DNA of 64,000 nucleotides from Nitrosopumilus sp. GTDB lineage: Archaea > Thermoproteota > Nitrososphaeria > Nitrososphaerales > Nitrosopumilaceae. The position numbers and the translations under genes were made by a program. The DNA is taken from NCBI GenBank assembly GCA_965218695.1, contig OZ244651.1, forward strand, positions 704,001-768,000, read 5' to 3'. Below the pieces are notes generated by a model. It saw only the letters and a list, made by a program, of their open reading frames with translations, ran no database searches and was not told where the DNA came from. Below, in pieces: positions 11,579 through 22,043 of the stretch (position 1 is its first letter; each line of letters starts with the position of its first letter).

Positions 11579-11839
11579 ATGGGAAAAGTAACCATAATAA
11601 CTGAATCCTTGTTGGCGTGGTGCGACAACTGCGAGGCAGAATTCACTCCCAGGATAGTGCGCAAGATCCACACCTGCCCAAGATGCAGAACGGCTGTGCT
11701 TGGCGCCGAAGACGTGCCGCTTCGAGGCCCGGGCGTACACAAGGTGATTAAAAAGACGATCAAAAAGGCCGACGGGGCCAGCTCCGTGATCAGCAAAAAG
11801 CCTGCACCCAAGCGGGCCAAAAAACCCGCCTCCAAATAG
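11579..11839 (+). CDS. Small Zn-ribbon protein with Lys/Ala/Pro-rich tail
   Basis: CDNC...CPRC; TTTAAG 27 nt upstream; T-tract downstream; paralog at 12115. Confidence 0.8.
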   Translation: MGKVTIITESLLAWCDNCEAEFTPRIVRKIHTCPRCRTAVLGAEDVPLRGPGVHKVIKKTIKKADGASSVISKKPAPKRAKKPASK

Positions 11840-12114
11840 GCCAAGAGGCATTCCGGGTTTTTATTGGAATCGTGCATGAACCGCATGTGCACGATGGCTC
11901 GGTTCTACGCCCTGGCAGAAGATGATCAGAAGAGACCCATAGAGGATGCCAAAGCAAGATGGCATCCGGCATGATTTTTTTGTACCGTCAGTGCCGGGCT
12001 CATAACTACTCTCCTGCTGCAAAACAGATGCAAACCACAACATGGATGACTGTGCGCCGTGTTTATATTGGATACTTGTTGTAACTATTTAAATTAGTTA
12101 CGTATTAACAATAC

Positions 12115-12309
12115 ATGGGAAAGGTAACCATAACCACAGAATCGGTTCTGGCGCACTGCGATGCATGCGGAAAGGACTTTACGCCCAGGATAGCCCGCAG
12201 GATCCACACCTGTCCAAACTGCCGGACCGCCGTTACCGGGGCAGAAGACGTCCCGCTTCGCGGCAGCGGGGTTGACAGGGTGATTGGCAGAAAGGTAGAG
12301 ACTGCGTAG
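12115..12309 (+). CDS. Small Zn-ribbon protein (paralog of 11579)
   Basis: CDAC...CPNC; TTTAAA 27 nt upstream. Confidence 0.8.
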   Translation: MGKVTITTESVLAHCDACGKDFTPRIARRIHTCPNCRTAVTGAEDVPLRGSGVDRVIGRKVETA

Positions 12310-12318
12310 TGACCGGAG

Positions 12319-12328
12319 TTTTTTTTTT
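12319..12328 (+). terminator. Oligo-T terminator
   Basis: T10 shortly after the stop. Confidence 0.6.
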
Positions 12329-12563
12329 GTGATGCCGGCTGCGTGCTCTTCTGGCGGAGTCTGGCCGTGCAATCGTCCGGACACGCCCGACTCCCCCTCC
12401 CCTCTCCGCTGACAGGCATCCTCTGTCTGGGATGATGGCCGTTCTCCCCCTCCCCATCTGCAGACGCCACCACCGAGCCAAGCCACGGCACCCCACCGGA
12501 GGTTTGAGGCGAGCCAGAGCAAAAGATTCCTTGGGATTCCAGCACCCTGACGACACTCCGGTT

Positions 12564-12575
12564 CCCCCTTTATAT
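12564..12575 (+). promoter_or_regulatory. C-rich BRE/TATA motif CCCCCTTTATAT
   Basis: 28 nt upstream of ATG 12597. Confidence 0.7.
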
Positions 12576-12596
12576 CAAAACCATCTCATGCGCGTA

Positions 12597-12938
12597 ATGT
12601 TACACAAGACAGAAAATGATGACACGGACATAGGCGGCATCCTGAAGAAGGTCATCATAGGCGCGGCCTTTTTACTGGTACTGCCAATAGCCGTTCCGGC
12701 ACTCACCGGAGTCGACATCTACGAACTCTGCATATCTGACGGCGACGGCGGCTGCAAGGAACCCGCTGCAGCAGAGGGCGACGCAAACAAGCTGAGGGAC
12801 GGGTTTGAGCAGCTCAAGCCGATACTGGTGGTGATGCTGGATATCTTCTTTGTCGTCATAGGGCTGGCAATACTGTTCGGGCCGGGCATGTCGCTCATCA
12901 GGTACCAGTTCGTGGCACGCAATGCGACATCGCATTGA
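12597..12938 (+). CDS. Small 2-TM membrane protein (candidate VirB2/CedA1-like pilin)
   Basis: Two hydrophobic helices around a Cys-pair loop. Function inferred from context only. Confidence 0.65.
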   Translation: MLHKTENDDTDIGGILKKVIIGAAFLLVLPIAVPALTGVDIYELCISDGDGGCKEPAAAEGDANKLRDGFEQLKPILVVMLDIFFVVIGLAILFGPGMSLIRYQFVARNATSH

Positions 12939-13314
12939 CAAGCCAGCCGCCCTGGCAGCAGCTGTCCTGATTTTTTATTTCGTCTTGGATCAGGGGTATC
13001 ACGCCGCGTGGATCCCGGTGCTGGCAGGAATCTGGATATGCGGGATGCGCGCCGATCTCGTCTCCACTTTCAGGCACGCTGACATGATAAAGTACGAATC
13101 AAACAGACTGCTGGCAGGATGCGTGCGGCGGTACGGCGCAAGGCGAGCCGTGCCAGTGTGCCTGGCATGCGAGGCAGGATTCATCCTGATGGTATCGGTA
13201 CTGCTGAACAGGCCGGTCGGGTTTGATGTGGCGGATTTCATGTTCATTGCCGGGGTTGTTGGCGCATGCCACATGCATTGCGCCAAGTCAAACGAGAACT
13301 TCAAGCCGGCATGA
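12922..13314 (+). CDS. Small multi-TM membrane protein
   Basis: 3-4 hydrophobic segments; overlaps the upstream gene. Confidence 0.65.
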   Translation: MRHRIDKPAALAAAVLIFYFVLDQGYHAAWIPVLAGIWICGMRADLVSTFRHADMIKYESNRLLAGCVRRYGARRAVPVCLACEAGFILMVSVLLNRPVGFDVADFMFIAGVVGACHMHCAKSNENFKPA

Positions 13315-13315
13315 T

Positions 13316-13978
13316 TCACTTGGATGTGGCCTTTGCAGCGCATACCGTATCGTCTGATCTTGCCTCTGCCAGATAGTCTGATCTTTTGCTTGTCTGGTTG
13401 CCGAATTCCTGCGTGGCGCTCCAGACGTGCGATTCAAACTCGGCAAGGCTTTGGGGTAGGGGGTCCTCCTTCCATTCCCCGTCTTCTGCCCGAATGCGCA
13501 TGGAGAACTCGGCTTCTTGGGTTCCGCTGTTTTGTGCCTCCACCACGTAGTATGCGTGACCAGAACCGATCTCAAACACGTCAAAGCGCAGTATCTGGCA
13601 TGACGACTCCCTCGTAAGCGAGTCTGCCAGCCCGCCGCCAAAAGTGTATGCGATTGCAGCGCCGGTTATGGAGATGCCGACTAGCAGCATGACGCCGGTG
13701 ATCTCCGAGACCATCCTGACACGCCTGCCGCGGCGGGGCGGGTTCAGAAAGCACGGGCTGCGCCTGATCAGCCTGCCATAATAGTACAGGTCAAGGGTGT
13801 AAAGCCTGCCGTCTGGCGTGTTCTTCACCGAGACAAGCCTCAGCACTTGATTATTGACCCAGATAGAGTCGTCAGGTCCAAGTTCCCGCACGAGTTCTGC
13901 GAGCCTTTCGGGCCTGAAGCCGAGGTGGCCGCAGAGTCGGAGAAAGTGTTCGTGCCGCTTGTTTTTTTGGTTCATCAT
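13316..13978 (-). CDS. Type IV pilin-like protein with an 88-aa N-terminal extension (alternative start ATG 13714)
   Basis: RRGRRVRM-VSEITGVMLLVGISITGAAIAY pilin helix and AQNSG motif; ATGA overlap with the virB4 stop. Confidence 0.7.
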   Translation of the reverse strand: MMNQKNKRHEHFLRLCGHLGFRPERLAELVRELGPDDSIWVNNQVLRLVSVKNTPDGRLYTLDLYYYGRLIRRSPCFLNPPRRGRRVRMVSEITGVMLLVGISITGAAIAYTFGGGLADSLTRESSCQILRFDVFEIGSGHAYYVVEAQNSGTQEAEFSMRIRAEDGEWKEDPLPQSLAEFESHVWSATQEFGNQTSKRSDYLAEARSDDTVCAAKATSK

Positions 13979-15483
13979 TCCACCGCGGTGTTGAAATACG
14001 TCTCAGTCTCTTCTTTTGTCGCCTCGAACTTTACCTTGACCCGGTGTTTTTCAGTTATTATCAGTCCCTGACCCTTGGCAAACCTCATCAGGCGTTCGGT
14101 CTCCTCGTCTGTGAGATTCATTATGTTTTGGGCCGACCTTGCCGCGTCCTCTTCGAGCCTCATCAGAATCTTGGTTCCCATGTTGTCTATCATCTTGCCC
14201 TCTGCGCCCTTTTCCTGCGCGATGTCATCGACCCTTTGCGAGATGAAGACGAACTTTACGTTCAGTTTCCTGCCCATGCGGACGATCTGTTCTATGTACG
14301 CCATGGCGCCGGGCATCTTTGTGAGTAGCCAGCCCTCGTCGACTACGATTATCTTCTGGCGGGACTCGGGCATCTCTATGACCCTCTTCCATATCTTGTT
14401 CAGGACCAGCAGCAGTATCAGGACTTCATGCGGCTTGCCGGTGGCGCCGCTCAGCGATATTATTGTGCGGTCTGTAATCTGGGACTGCCCCTGCATGATC
14501 TTTGCCAGCGGACCCTCCACGAGGTGCTGCAGGTATTTTTTGGAATGCTCGCTTACCTGGTCGTACAAGTCATGCACGGACTTTACCTTGTCGGCAAACC
14601 TGAAGAACTCGTTGGATACTGCCTTGTCCTTGTCTTCTGCCTGCGTGACACCGGCAAGTATGGATGCAGCGTCTGCGGGATCCAGGATCTTGAACGGGTC
14701 GATGCCCAGCTTCTCATCGCCTGTAATCATCATGCCGTCAAGGCCGTAGTACCGGCGGTGCCGGTAGTACTCGTTCATCGGATCCAGCACGAATACTGCG
14801 GGGCCCTCTTCTGTCTCGTCCTCGTCTAGCAGCCTCTGGATGAGCCGTTTGACAAATATCTTTGCCGTAAACGACTTGCCCGAGCCAGACGTGCCTATTA
14901 TGGCGACGTTTCCGTTGGTGCGGCGGACGATGTCGTATATTGCAGGACCGTGCGAGTCCATGTTGTACCCCAGCAGCACGCCGTTTGGCATCTCTATCAT
15001 CTCTGCGGAGACAAACGGGTACACTATGCTCATGAATGACTGGTCTACTGTTATGTAGTGGACCCACCTGCCATGGTACAGGCTTCCCTGGCGGCTCATC
15101 GTGGCATCGAACTTGCCTCCCGTGATGCGCGTGTGCCTGAAGAATTCCTTTGTGTTTGCGTTTAGTTCCTTGAGGGTCTTGCCGTAGAGCATCACAGTCA
15201 TGCCAAACCGGTACATCTTGCCGACGCCGTTGTTTAGCATGTCCTCGACGGACTCTGCCTTGGCGTACTCGTCGGCTGCCCTCCTGTCTGTCTGGGAGCG
15301 CTTAAACAGCATCGAGCGCTTTTGCCTCAACAGGTTCAGCGACTGCTCCCTCTCCAGCGGATCCACCCACACGTCAATCTGGTTGCATGCAGAAAACACG
15401 CCGTGCACCCACGCCCACTGGAGTTGCGAGGGAACGTCGTAGAGTACCATGCACCTGACAAACCCCCCAGAATACTCCATGTG

Positions 15484-16819
15484 CAGTAATCCCAGATGTG
15501 CTCACGGAGCCACGGGATCTGGCGGTGGCTCGGGCTGAATCGTAATATTCCGATAGATTGCTATTAGCGTGACAATTTTCATATACAGCTGCGTCACCGG
15601 AAGGACTCCGTCACGCAGCTTCAGAAAGCTGGCCAGCTGCGCGTTTACCAGCACCCACGCATTGAATAGCATCAGCGAGTACAGAAAGCAGAAAAGCCGG
15701 GCAGGCCTACTGCTGCCGAACGATTTCGCCCTGGCATTCTCTACCAGTCTGTAGCATGTCTCGATGGTCCACCTTTTGGAATATTCCTCTACATCCATCC
15801 ACGGGGCATTGGTGGCAAACGCAATGTATCGATCTTCCGGCGCACCTGCCTTCTTGTCCCCGTTCTTCGCCCCCTCACTTTCCTTCCTTACTCTCTTCTT
15901 CTCTGCTATGATCATGTGGTACTGAACCGTTGCCTTGTCAGAATTCGTCATGTCGGATTTTGAGATGGGGCCGAGCGTTTTGGCCACGAACTTGCGCAGC
16001 GAGTCTTTCACCCTACTGGTTCTGGTGCACGGCATCAGGTACTCAAGGCTAAGACGCTCAATCTCGGATATTGAGTTCACTGAAAAGAAGCCCCTGTCAA
16101 CCAGGATCAGTCCCAGCCTGGATCCGACGGCGGAGACGTTTTCTAGGCACGAATTGAGGATTTCACGCAGGGATTCGTGCACGGATGAGGACTTGTCCAC
16201 GTATAGGGCCGCAAGGATAAGCCGCGATTTGGAGTTGACGCACTGCGCCGTGATGTACGCCTCGAATCTGTTGGTGCCGCTCTTGCGCTCTCCGCCTCTC
16301 AGGTCAGAGCCAAGTTTCTTGCTGTGGCACGGTATCAGGTGCATGTCGATGGCCACATCAAGCACATCAGGCAGCCTGCCAAACAGGTAAAGCTCATCCA
16401 GCTGTGCCCTTACCGCCTGGTTAAAAGTCTCAAGCGCCTTACCCTCGTCCGTCTTGGACAGGATATCGCGAAACCACTCGTCGCTTGGAGAATGACGTGA
16501 ATATCTTGGATTCTCGATGGACTGCGCCGTGATTTCTCTCATGGCGAAGCTGCATCCGCCGACCGAAGTGTCAAGCATCGCGGCATGCAGCATGCCGACG
16601 TTAAAGTCGCTTGCGCCATATGTCGCGTTGTACCTTTTGGAGACCTCGGCGGACGGCACGATGCTTTCTCTCAGCACCTTCTCAACAGATTCATATATTT
16701 TGCCATTGTTCATCATATCGCGTCTCAGGCGATCTTTTTGGTGGTACATAAGGATCGTCTGGGCGTGCCCCCATTGATCTGTTTGCATCAGGTGCTAGAT
16801 GGCACATCTGGGATTACTG
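15484..16819 (-). mobile_element. ISH3-like (IS4 superfamily) element
   Basis: Perfect 18-bp TIR CAGTAATCCCAGATGTGC; 6-bp direct repeat CATGTG. Confidence 0.92.
15502..16788 (-). CDS. ISH3-like DDE transposase
   Basis: VAIDMH, LVDRGF and YSKRWTIETCYR motifs; start uncertain. Confidence 0.88.
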   Translation of the reverse strand: MQTDQWGHAQTILMYHQKDRLRRDMMNNGKIYESVEKVLRESIVPSAEVSKRYNATYGASDFNVGMLHAAMLDTSVGGCSFAMREITAQSIENPRYSRHSPSDEWFRDILSKTDEGKALETFNQAVRAQLDELYLFGRLPDVLDVAIDMHLIPCHSKKLGSDLRGGERKSGTNRFEAYITAQCVNSKSRLILAALYVDKSSSVHESLREILNSCLENVSAVGSRLGLILVDRGFFSVNSISEIERLSLEYLMPCTRTSRVKDSLRKFVAKTLGPISKSDMTNSDKATVQYHMIIAEKKRVRKESEGAKNGDKKAGAPEDRYIAFATNAPWMDVEEYSKRWTIETCYRLVENARAKSFGSSRPARLFCFLYSLMLFNAWVLVNAQLASFLKLRDGVLPVTQLYMKIVTLIAIYRNITIQPEPPPDPVAP

Positions 16820-17166
16820 CATGTGCCCCAGCCTCTCCCGCTCAAAGGTTATCCTTGCATGCTCGTCGTCGACGGTATACTCGTACATCAGTGTATCCAG
16901 CATGCCTGTGAGCGGCTCGTTGGAGGCGACTAGCACCTGCAGCACCAGGCGCATCTCGGTCCTGCCGCCTACCATGAGGGGGACCGACTTGCGCGAGAAC
17001 GTTATGCGGATCGGCTTTTCAATGGAGCGCAGCAGATCCAGAAATTCGCCAATCCTCTGCTTTTGCCTATCCTCCGGAAGGGAGTGAAAGTTGGACGGAT
17101 CTATGGTGTAAAAGTATTCGAATCTGTTCTTCTTTTTTGCCGGCACCCTTTGAAGATTCGTGTGGG

Positions 17167-17179
17167 TTAAAAAGGGGGG
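17167..17179 (-). promoter_or_regulatory. C-rich BRE/TATA motif CCCCCCTTTTTAA (virB4)
   Basis: 27 nt upstream of GTG 17146. Confidence 0.7.
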
Positions 17180-17580
17180 CTTGGGCCGGGACTTGTTCCC
17201 TCTTGACACCGACTGTTATTCCCGGCACTACGCGTAGTACTGGACAAAAAATCTGATCATTATCCAGCAAAATCAGGCATATATTTAAAGAAAAAAGAGC
17301 GAAACATTCTGTCTGCTACTGCGCGTAGCAGAAGAATGCATGTGTAATTACAGGAGATTCAGATTCCAATAGAGCTAAATCACATATGTCATGACGGATC
17401 CCAATGCAGTACATTAGAAGCCATGCGTAATCCCTCCATTTCGTTGGGTTAAACCAGAAAAACCCAGAAAATATTAAAAATTCTGATTTAATTCTCGCCA
17501 TGTTAGCCATGTGGGGATCCTGTCCTGCCAGAAATACAAAATAACGTGCGCAACCTTGCAGCACCACGATGTGCACGGAA

Positions 17581-18894
17581 TTAATTGTTTGAAACGGCGC
17601 TGCCGGGGACGTTTGCCTCTTCCCAGTTTATTACCGGCCCCAGCGTGCTACCTGAAGGAGGTCCTTTCTTCATCTGGTTCCACAGGAGGTCCAGGTTTAC
17701 GAGTCCGGTTATTATGTTAAATTCCCTGTTAAAGTCGCCAATCTTTCCCTTGTATGGCGCGGTAAGCCGGCCGTACCGCTTCAGCCTGCCGATGGAGTGC
17801 TCCACCTTTACCCTGGCCGAGTTGACGGCGTGGTTGTGCTCCTTTTCCTCCTTTGTAAAGCGCTTGTGGTTCTTGGTCTTCTTGTGCGGCTGCAGGGTGT
17901 TTGTGCCGGGCAGATCCTTTGCGATTCCCTTGTAGCCGCGGTCAGTAAGGGTGTGGATCCTGTCCTCTTCGGGGGTGTCCTCGTCGCACATGCGGTCCCA
18001 CCATTTTCCAAACGGCAGCGGGCTCTCCCTGAGCAGCGTAATGTCGTGGACGGATCCCACGGTGCTGCCGGATATGGCAACTATCACCCCGTTTTCATTT
18101 ATGCAGACTGTGGTGTTGAGCGTGAATTTCTTCTTCTTGCCCGAATACATCATGCTCCTCATCTGTTTTTCGTCCGGCCTCTGTATGGGGCAGTGCGTGC
18201 CGTCGATCATCATGATGCCCCCGTCAGGCCCGGAAATTATTTTTTTGAGATCCTCTTTTGTCTCCGTGCCTGCTATCTCCTTTGATATGTTGGCAGCAGT
18301 GGGCAGCGCCGCCTCGAGTACCGCGTCCATGACGTCGATGTACCTGGACACGGTCGCCTGGTCTATTCCAAAGAATGCCGCAAGCGCGCCCTGCGTGGGG
18401 TTGCCCTTTTTGTACATCAGTGACATGAGTAGCGCGTGCCTTGGGTACAGCTTGCAGCGGTTCCCGGGATCCGACGCCCTCGTCTCGTCGTTCCTGAAGA
18501 GCGGGGATTTGCCGCTTTGTCTTATCCATGCCTCGGCCCTGTCAAGTATGTACTGGAATTGCCCCCTGCCCTTCAGCGTCGCGTCATGAAGCTTCTTCCC
18601 GACGCCGATGACGTCGTCAAACACCTCCACGCGGTGCAGCAGGGCGGGCTCCCCTGCGGCTCCGGACTCGGAGCCGTCCCGCGTGCTCCACAGGCTTTGC
18701 TCGTGCTTGGCGGCTGCCTCCAAGCGCTTGATGTCAGCGTCCTGGCGCTTGATGTCAGCGTCCTGGCGCTTGATGTCAGCGTCCTGGCGCTTGATCATGT
18801 ATCTGAGAGCCTTGTTCTCTTTTTGCAGGTCACTTGTTTCCTGATTCGACAACAGTATGAACCGGCATATTCTGGTTTTAATTGGATGGATCAT
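17581..18894 (-). CDS. IS5/ISL2-like transposase
   Basis: IDGTHCPIQRP, GSVHD, TDRGY and RVKVEHSIGRLK motifs. Confidence 0.92.
   Translation of the reverse strand: MIHPIKTRICRFILLSNQETSDLQKENKALRYMIKRQDADIKRQDADIKRQDADIKRLEAAAKHEQSLWSTRDGSESGAAGEPALLHRVEVFDDVIGVGKKLHDATLKGRGQFQYILDRAEAWIRQSGKSPLFRNDETRASDPGNRCKLYPRHALLMSLMYKKGNPTQGALAAFFGIDQATVSRYIDVMDAVLEAALPTAANISKEIAGTETKEDLKKIISGPDGGIMMIDGTHCPIQRPDEKQMRSMMYSGKKKKFTLNTTVCINENGVIVAISGSTVGSVHDITLLRESPLPFGKWWDRMCDEDTPEEDRIHTLTDRGYKGIAKDLPGTNTLQPHKKTKNHKRFTKEEKEHNHAVNSARVKVEHSIGRLKRYGRLTAPYKGKIGDFNREFNIITGLVNLDLLWNQMKKGPPSGSTLGPVINWEEANVPGSAVSNN
18724..18795 (-). repeat. 21-bp tandem repeat x3.4 (IKRQDAD heptads)
   Basis: ATCAAGCGCCAGGACGCTGAC repeated; same array at 20921-20992 in copy B. 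Confidence 0.95.
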
Positions 18895-19161
18895 AAATTT
18901 TTGACAGCAGGGCTAACATGTCAGCGCGGAGTTTGAAAAAGTTCCGGATTACGCATATTTTCTATTAAGCAATAGGCTCGTCAGGGAAATAGCTGCATAG
19001 CCAGGACGCTTGAAAACTCTAGTCCTCGTTGACTCGTAGCTTTTCAAATATTTTAGGATCCATCCAATATTCTGGTCTTTGATGAAATTCTTTACCTGCA
19101 AAGTCCTCCGGCTTTAATTCATGTATTCCTGTACCCGCTCTCGCTCTGCCTTCGTTCTTTG

Positions 19162-20687
19162 GTAAGTGTTCACGTGGTTTAACTCATTTTTAGGCGTATT
19201 TTGCAATCTCCGCCAAGTAATCCAATTTCTTGTTTTTCCATGTCATTACACATGAAAAGAAATTCGCCATCCACGTCATCGTCTCCTCTGCCCTTATGCT
19301 GCCCCGTATTTTTCTGTGCACGACTATCTCGCGCAACCCGCGTTCTGCAGCATTGTTTGTAGGCGGGATCTTTGGGTTCAGCACGAACCGGAACAGGTCG
19401 CTGCCAGCATTGCTGATCTTGACCATGAATTTTTCCAATATTGGATCGTCGGCGTACCTTGCAACGATCTTTTCGATGCATGACGTCAGCATGGCAGACG
19501 CGTTGTCCCGGAGAGAGCGCGAGCGTTTCCTGCTTGCCCTTCTGGCATAATCATAGATTATGCGCAGGTGCTTCAGGACGTTGCGCGCGCCTGGGCAGTC
19601 CGGATTGCGGTTGCAGATGTCCCTGGCCTCGCGTATTATGTGCGACCAGCAGCGCTGGACGCGGTATTTTCCGTACGCCGTCCAGCCGTCGCACACTAAC
19701 GTGCCGTCCCAACCCCCAAGCGCTTCTTTCAGAACCTTTGCCCCCCGGCTGTCCCGTATCACGTACAGCGCGTGCCCGGTCAGCGGATCGTGCAGTATCC
19801 ACACCCAGACGTTGCGGCCGTTTAGGTGAATCGATGTCTCGTCGGCGTGCAGTATCTTGGCCTTGCGTATCATGGCGGCAATGGCTGCCGCAGGGGCGCC
19901 CAGCGACGTTCCCAGCCTGCGCATTATGTTGTGCGCCGTGCCCGAGGAGAGTGTAATTCCGTACCGCGACATGCGGTCTGCGATCATCCTAAACGGCATG
20001 CGACACACGTAATCGTCTGCAACATCAGTCGTTATGCTCGGATCGTAGCTGCCCTTGTCTGGAAGGCCGGTCTCGGGCTTGATGTCCACCAGACCGCAGG
20101 AGCAGCGACACGTGTTTATGGTGTGGCGCGTGGTGATGACCTTTATCGTGCGCTCCACCTTGGTAATGTCGCGTTTTTCTGACTGCACTATGGAAAGGCT
20201 ACCCGAGCCGCATTCGGGGCAGGCCTCCGGGGTGTGTTCCTCAAACTCGGTGGGTTTTGGCTTGCGGGTGCGGCCCATGTGGCCTTTTTGCCCCCCGCGC
20301 GACTTCCCGCTGCCGGCCGCATCCACGCGGTCCTTTTGATCCCGGGAGGCTTTTGTGGATTTATTGTAGGCATTCTTTTCGTCGCCTTTTCCCTTTGTGT
20401 CAGGCCATCCGGGCCCCCTTTTTTGTGATGACGGGGTGTTGTAATTGTCATGCCGCACCAGCCTGCGCTTAAGATCAGCAACTGCCAGATTCAATTCCTC
20501 AATTATCTGCCCTTGCATCTCAATCGTCTGCTTGAGCTTGATGTTCTCAGTCTTGAGATCCGTGTACATCTTTTTGAGTTCAGCCTGGCTTTTCACATCG
20601 GGTTTGGATTACCATCCTATTTGGATCTGTGGTTTGCACAAAATTTACCCAAGAGTGAACTGAATTAGGCACGACGTGAACACTTAC
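19162..20687 (-). mobile_element. IS66-family single-ORF element, copy A
   Basis: TIR GTAAGTGTTCACGT; 8-bp TSD GTTCTTTG. Confidence 0.95.
19190..20596 (-). CDS. IS66 TnpC transposase
   Basis: Coiled coil, GGQKGH, CPECG, HADET, CDGW, QRCWSH and TNNAAER motifs. Confidence 0.95.
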   Translation of the reverse strand: MKSQAELKKMYTDLKTENIKLKQTIEMQGQIIEELNLAVADLKRRLVRHDNYNTPSSQKRGPGWPDTKGKGDEKNAYNKSTKASRDQKDRVDAAGSGKSRGGQKGHMGRTRKPKPTEFEEHTPEACPECGSGSLSIVQSEKRDITKVERTIKVITTRHTINTCRCSCGLVDIKPETGLPDKGSYDPSITTDVADDYVCRMPFRMIADRMSRYGITLSSGTAHNIMRRLGTSLGAPAAAIAAMIRKAKILHADETSIHLNGRNVWVWILHDPLTGHALYVIRDSRGAKVLKEALGGWDGTLVCDGWTAYGKYRVQRCWSHIIREARDICNRNPDCPGARNVLKHLRIIYDYARRASRKRSRSLRDNASAMLTSCIEKIVARYADDPILEKFMVKISNAGSDLFRFVLNPKIPPTNNAAERGLREIVVHRKIRGSIRAEETMTWMANFFSCVMTWKNKKLDYLAEIAKYA

Positions 20688-22043
20688 GTTCTTTGTATCT
20701 GGATTTGCCTTCAGATATGTGCCTGCCATGAAAAATTCCTTCGTGCTTGAATAGAAAATATGCGTAATCCGGAACTTTTTCAAACTCCGCGCTGACATGT
20801 TAGCCCTGCTGTCAAAAATTTATGATCCATCCAATTAAAACCAGAATATGCCGGTTCATACTGTTGTCGAATCAGGAAACAAGTGACCTGCAAAAAGAGA
20901 ACAAGGCTCTCAGATACATGATCAAGCGCCAGGACGCTGACATCAAGCGCCAGGACGCTGACATCAAGCGCCAGGACGCTGACATCAAGCGCTTGGAGGC
21001 AGCCGCCAAGCACGAGCAAAGCCTGTGGAGCACGCGGGACGGCTCCGAGTCCGGAGCCGCAGGGGAGCCCGCCCTGCTGCACCGCGTGGAGGTGTTTGAC
21101 GACGTCATCGGCGTCGGGAAGAAGCTTCATGACGCGACGCTGAAGGGCAGGGGGCAATTCCAGTACATACTTGACAGGGCCGAGGCATGGATAAGACAAA
21201 GCGGCAAATCCCCGCTCTTCAGGAACGACGAGACGAGGGCGTCGGATCCCGGGAACCGCTGCAAGCTGTACCCAAGGCACGCGCTACTCATGTCACTGAT
21301 GTACAAAAAGGGCAACCCCACGCAGGGCGCGCTTGCGGCATTCTTTGGAATAGACCAGGCGACCGTGTCCAGGTACATCGACGTCATGGACGCGGTACTC
21401 GAGGCGGTGCTGCCCACCGCTGCCAACATCTCAAAGGAGATAGAGGACACGGAGACAAAAGAGGATCTCAAAAAAATAATTTCCGGGCCTGACGGGGGCA
21501 TCATGATGATCGACGGCACGCACTGCCCCATACAGAGGCCGGACGAAAAACAGATGAGGAGCATGATGTATTCGGGCAAGAAGAAGAAATTCACGCTCAA
21601 CACCACAGTCTGCATAAATGAAAACGGGGTGATAGTTGCCATATCCGGCAGCACCGTGGGATCCGTCCACGACATTACGCTGCTCAGGGAGAGCCCGCTG
21701 CCGTTTGGAAAATGGTGGGACCGCATGTGCGACGAGGACACCCCCGAAGAGGACAGGATCCACACCCTTACTGACCGCGGCTACAAGGGAATCGCAAAGG
21801 ATCTGCCCGGCACAAACACCCTGCAGCCGCACAAGAAGACCAAGAACCACAAGCGCTTTACAAAGGAGGAAAAGGAGCACAACCACGCCGTCAACTCGGC
21901 CAGGGTAAAGGTGGAGCACTCCATCGGCAGGCTGAAGCGGTACGGCCGGCTTACCGCGCCATACAAGGGAAAGATTGGCGACTTTAACAGGGAATTTAAC
22001 ATAATAACCGGACTCGTAAACCTGGACCTCCTGTGGAACCAGA

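Larger units (their letters stand above)
13975..17146 (-). pseudogene. virB4: VirB4-like conjugation ATPase interrupted by ISH3
   Basis: NGNVAIIGTSGSGKS, LDPMNEY, VVDEGW, RMGRK and ISQ motifs. Removing the IS plus one CATGTG restores ERLGHMEYSGG in frame. Confidence 0.9.
17416..18963 (-). mobile_element. IS5-family (ISL2-like) element, copy A
   Basis: TIR AGAAnnnATGCGTAATCC; 3-bp ATT duplication. Confidence 0.9.

Noticed and set aside
12391-12456. Two CTCCCCCTCCCC tracts as a G-quadruplex or iterons
   Set aside because: Only two short low-complexity copies in GC-rich DNA.
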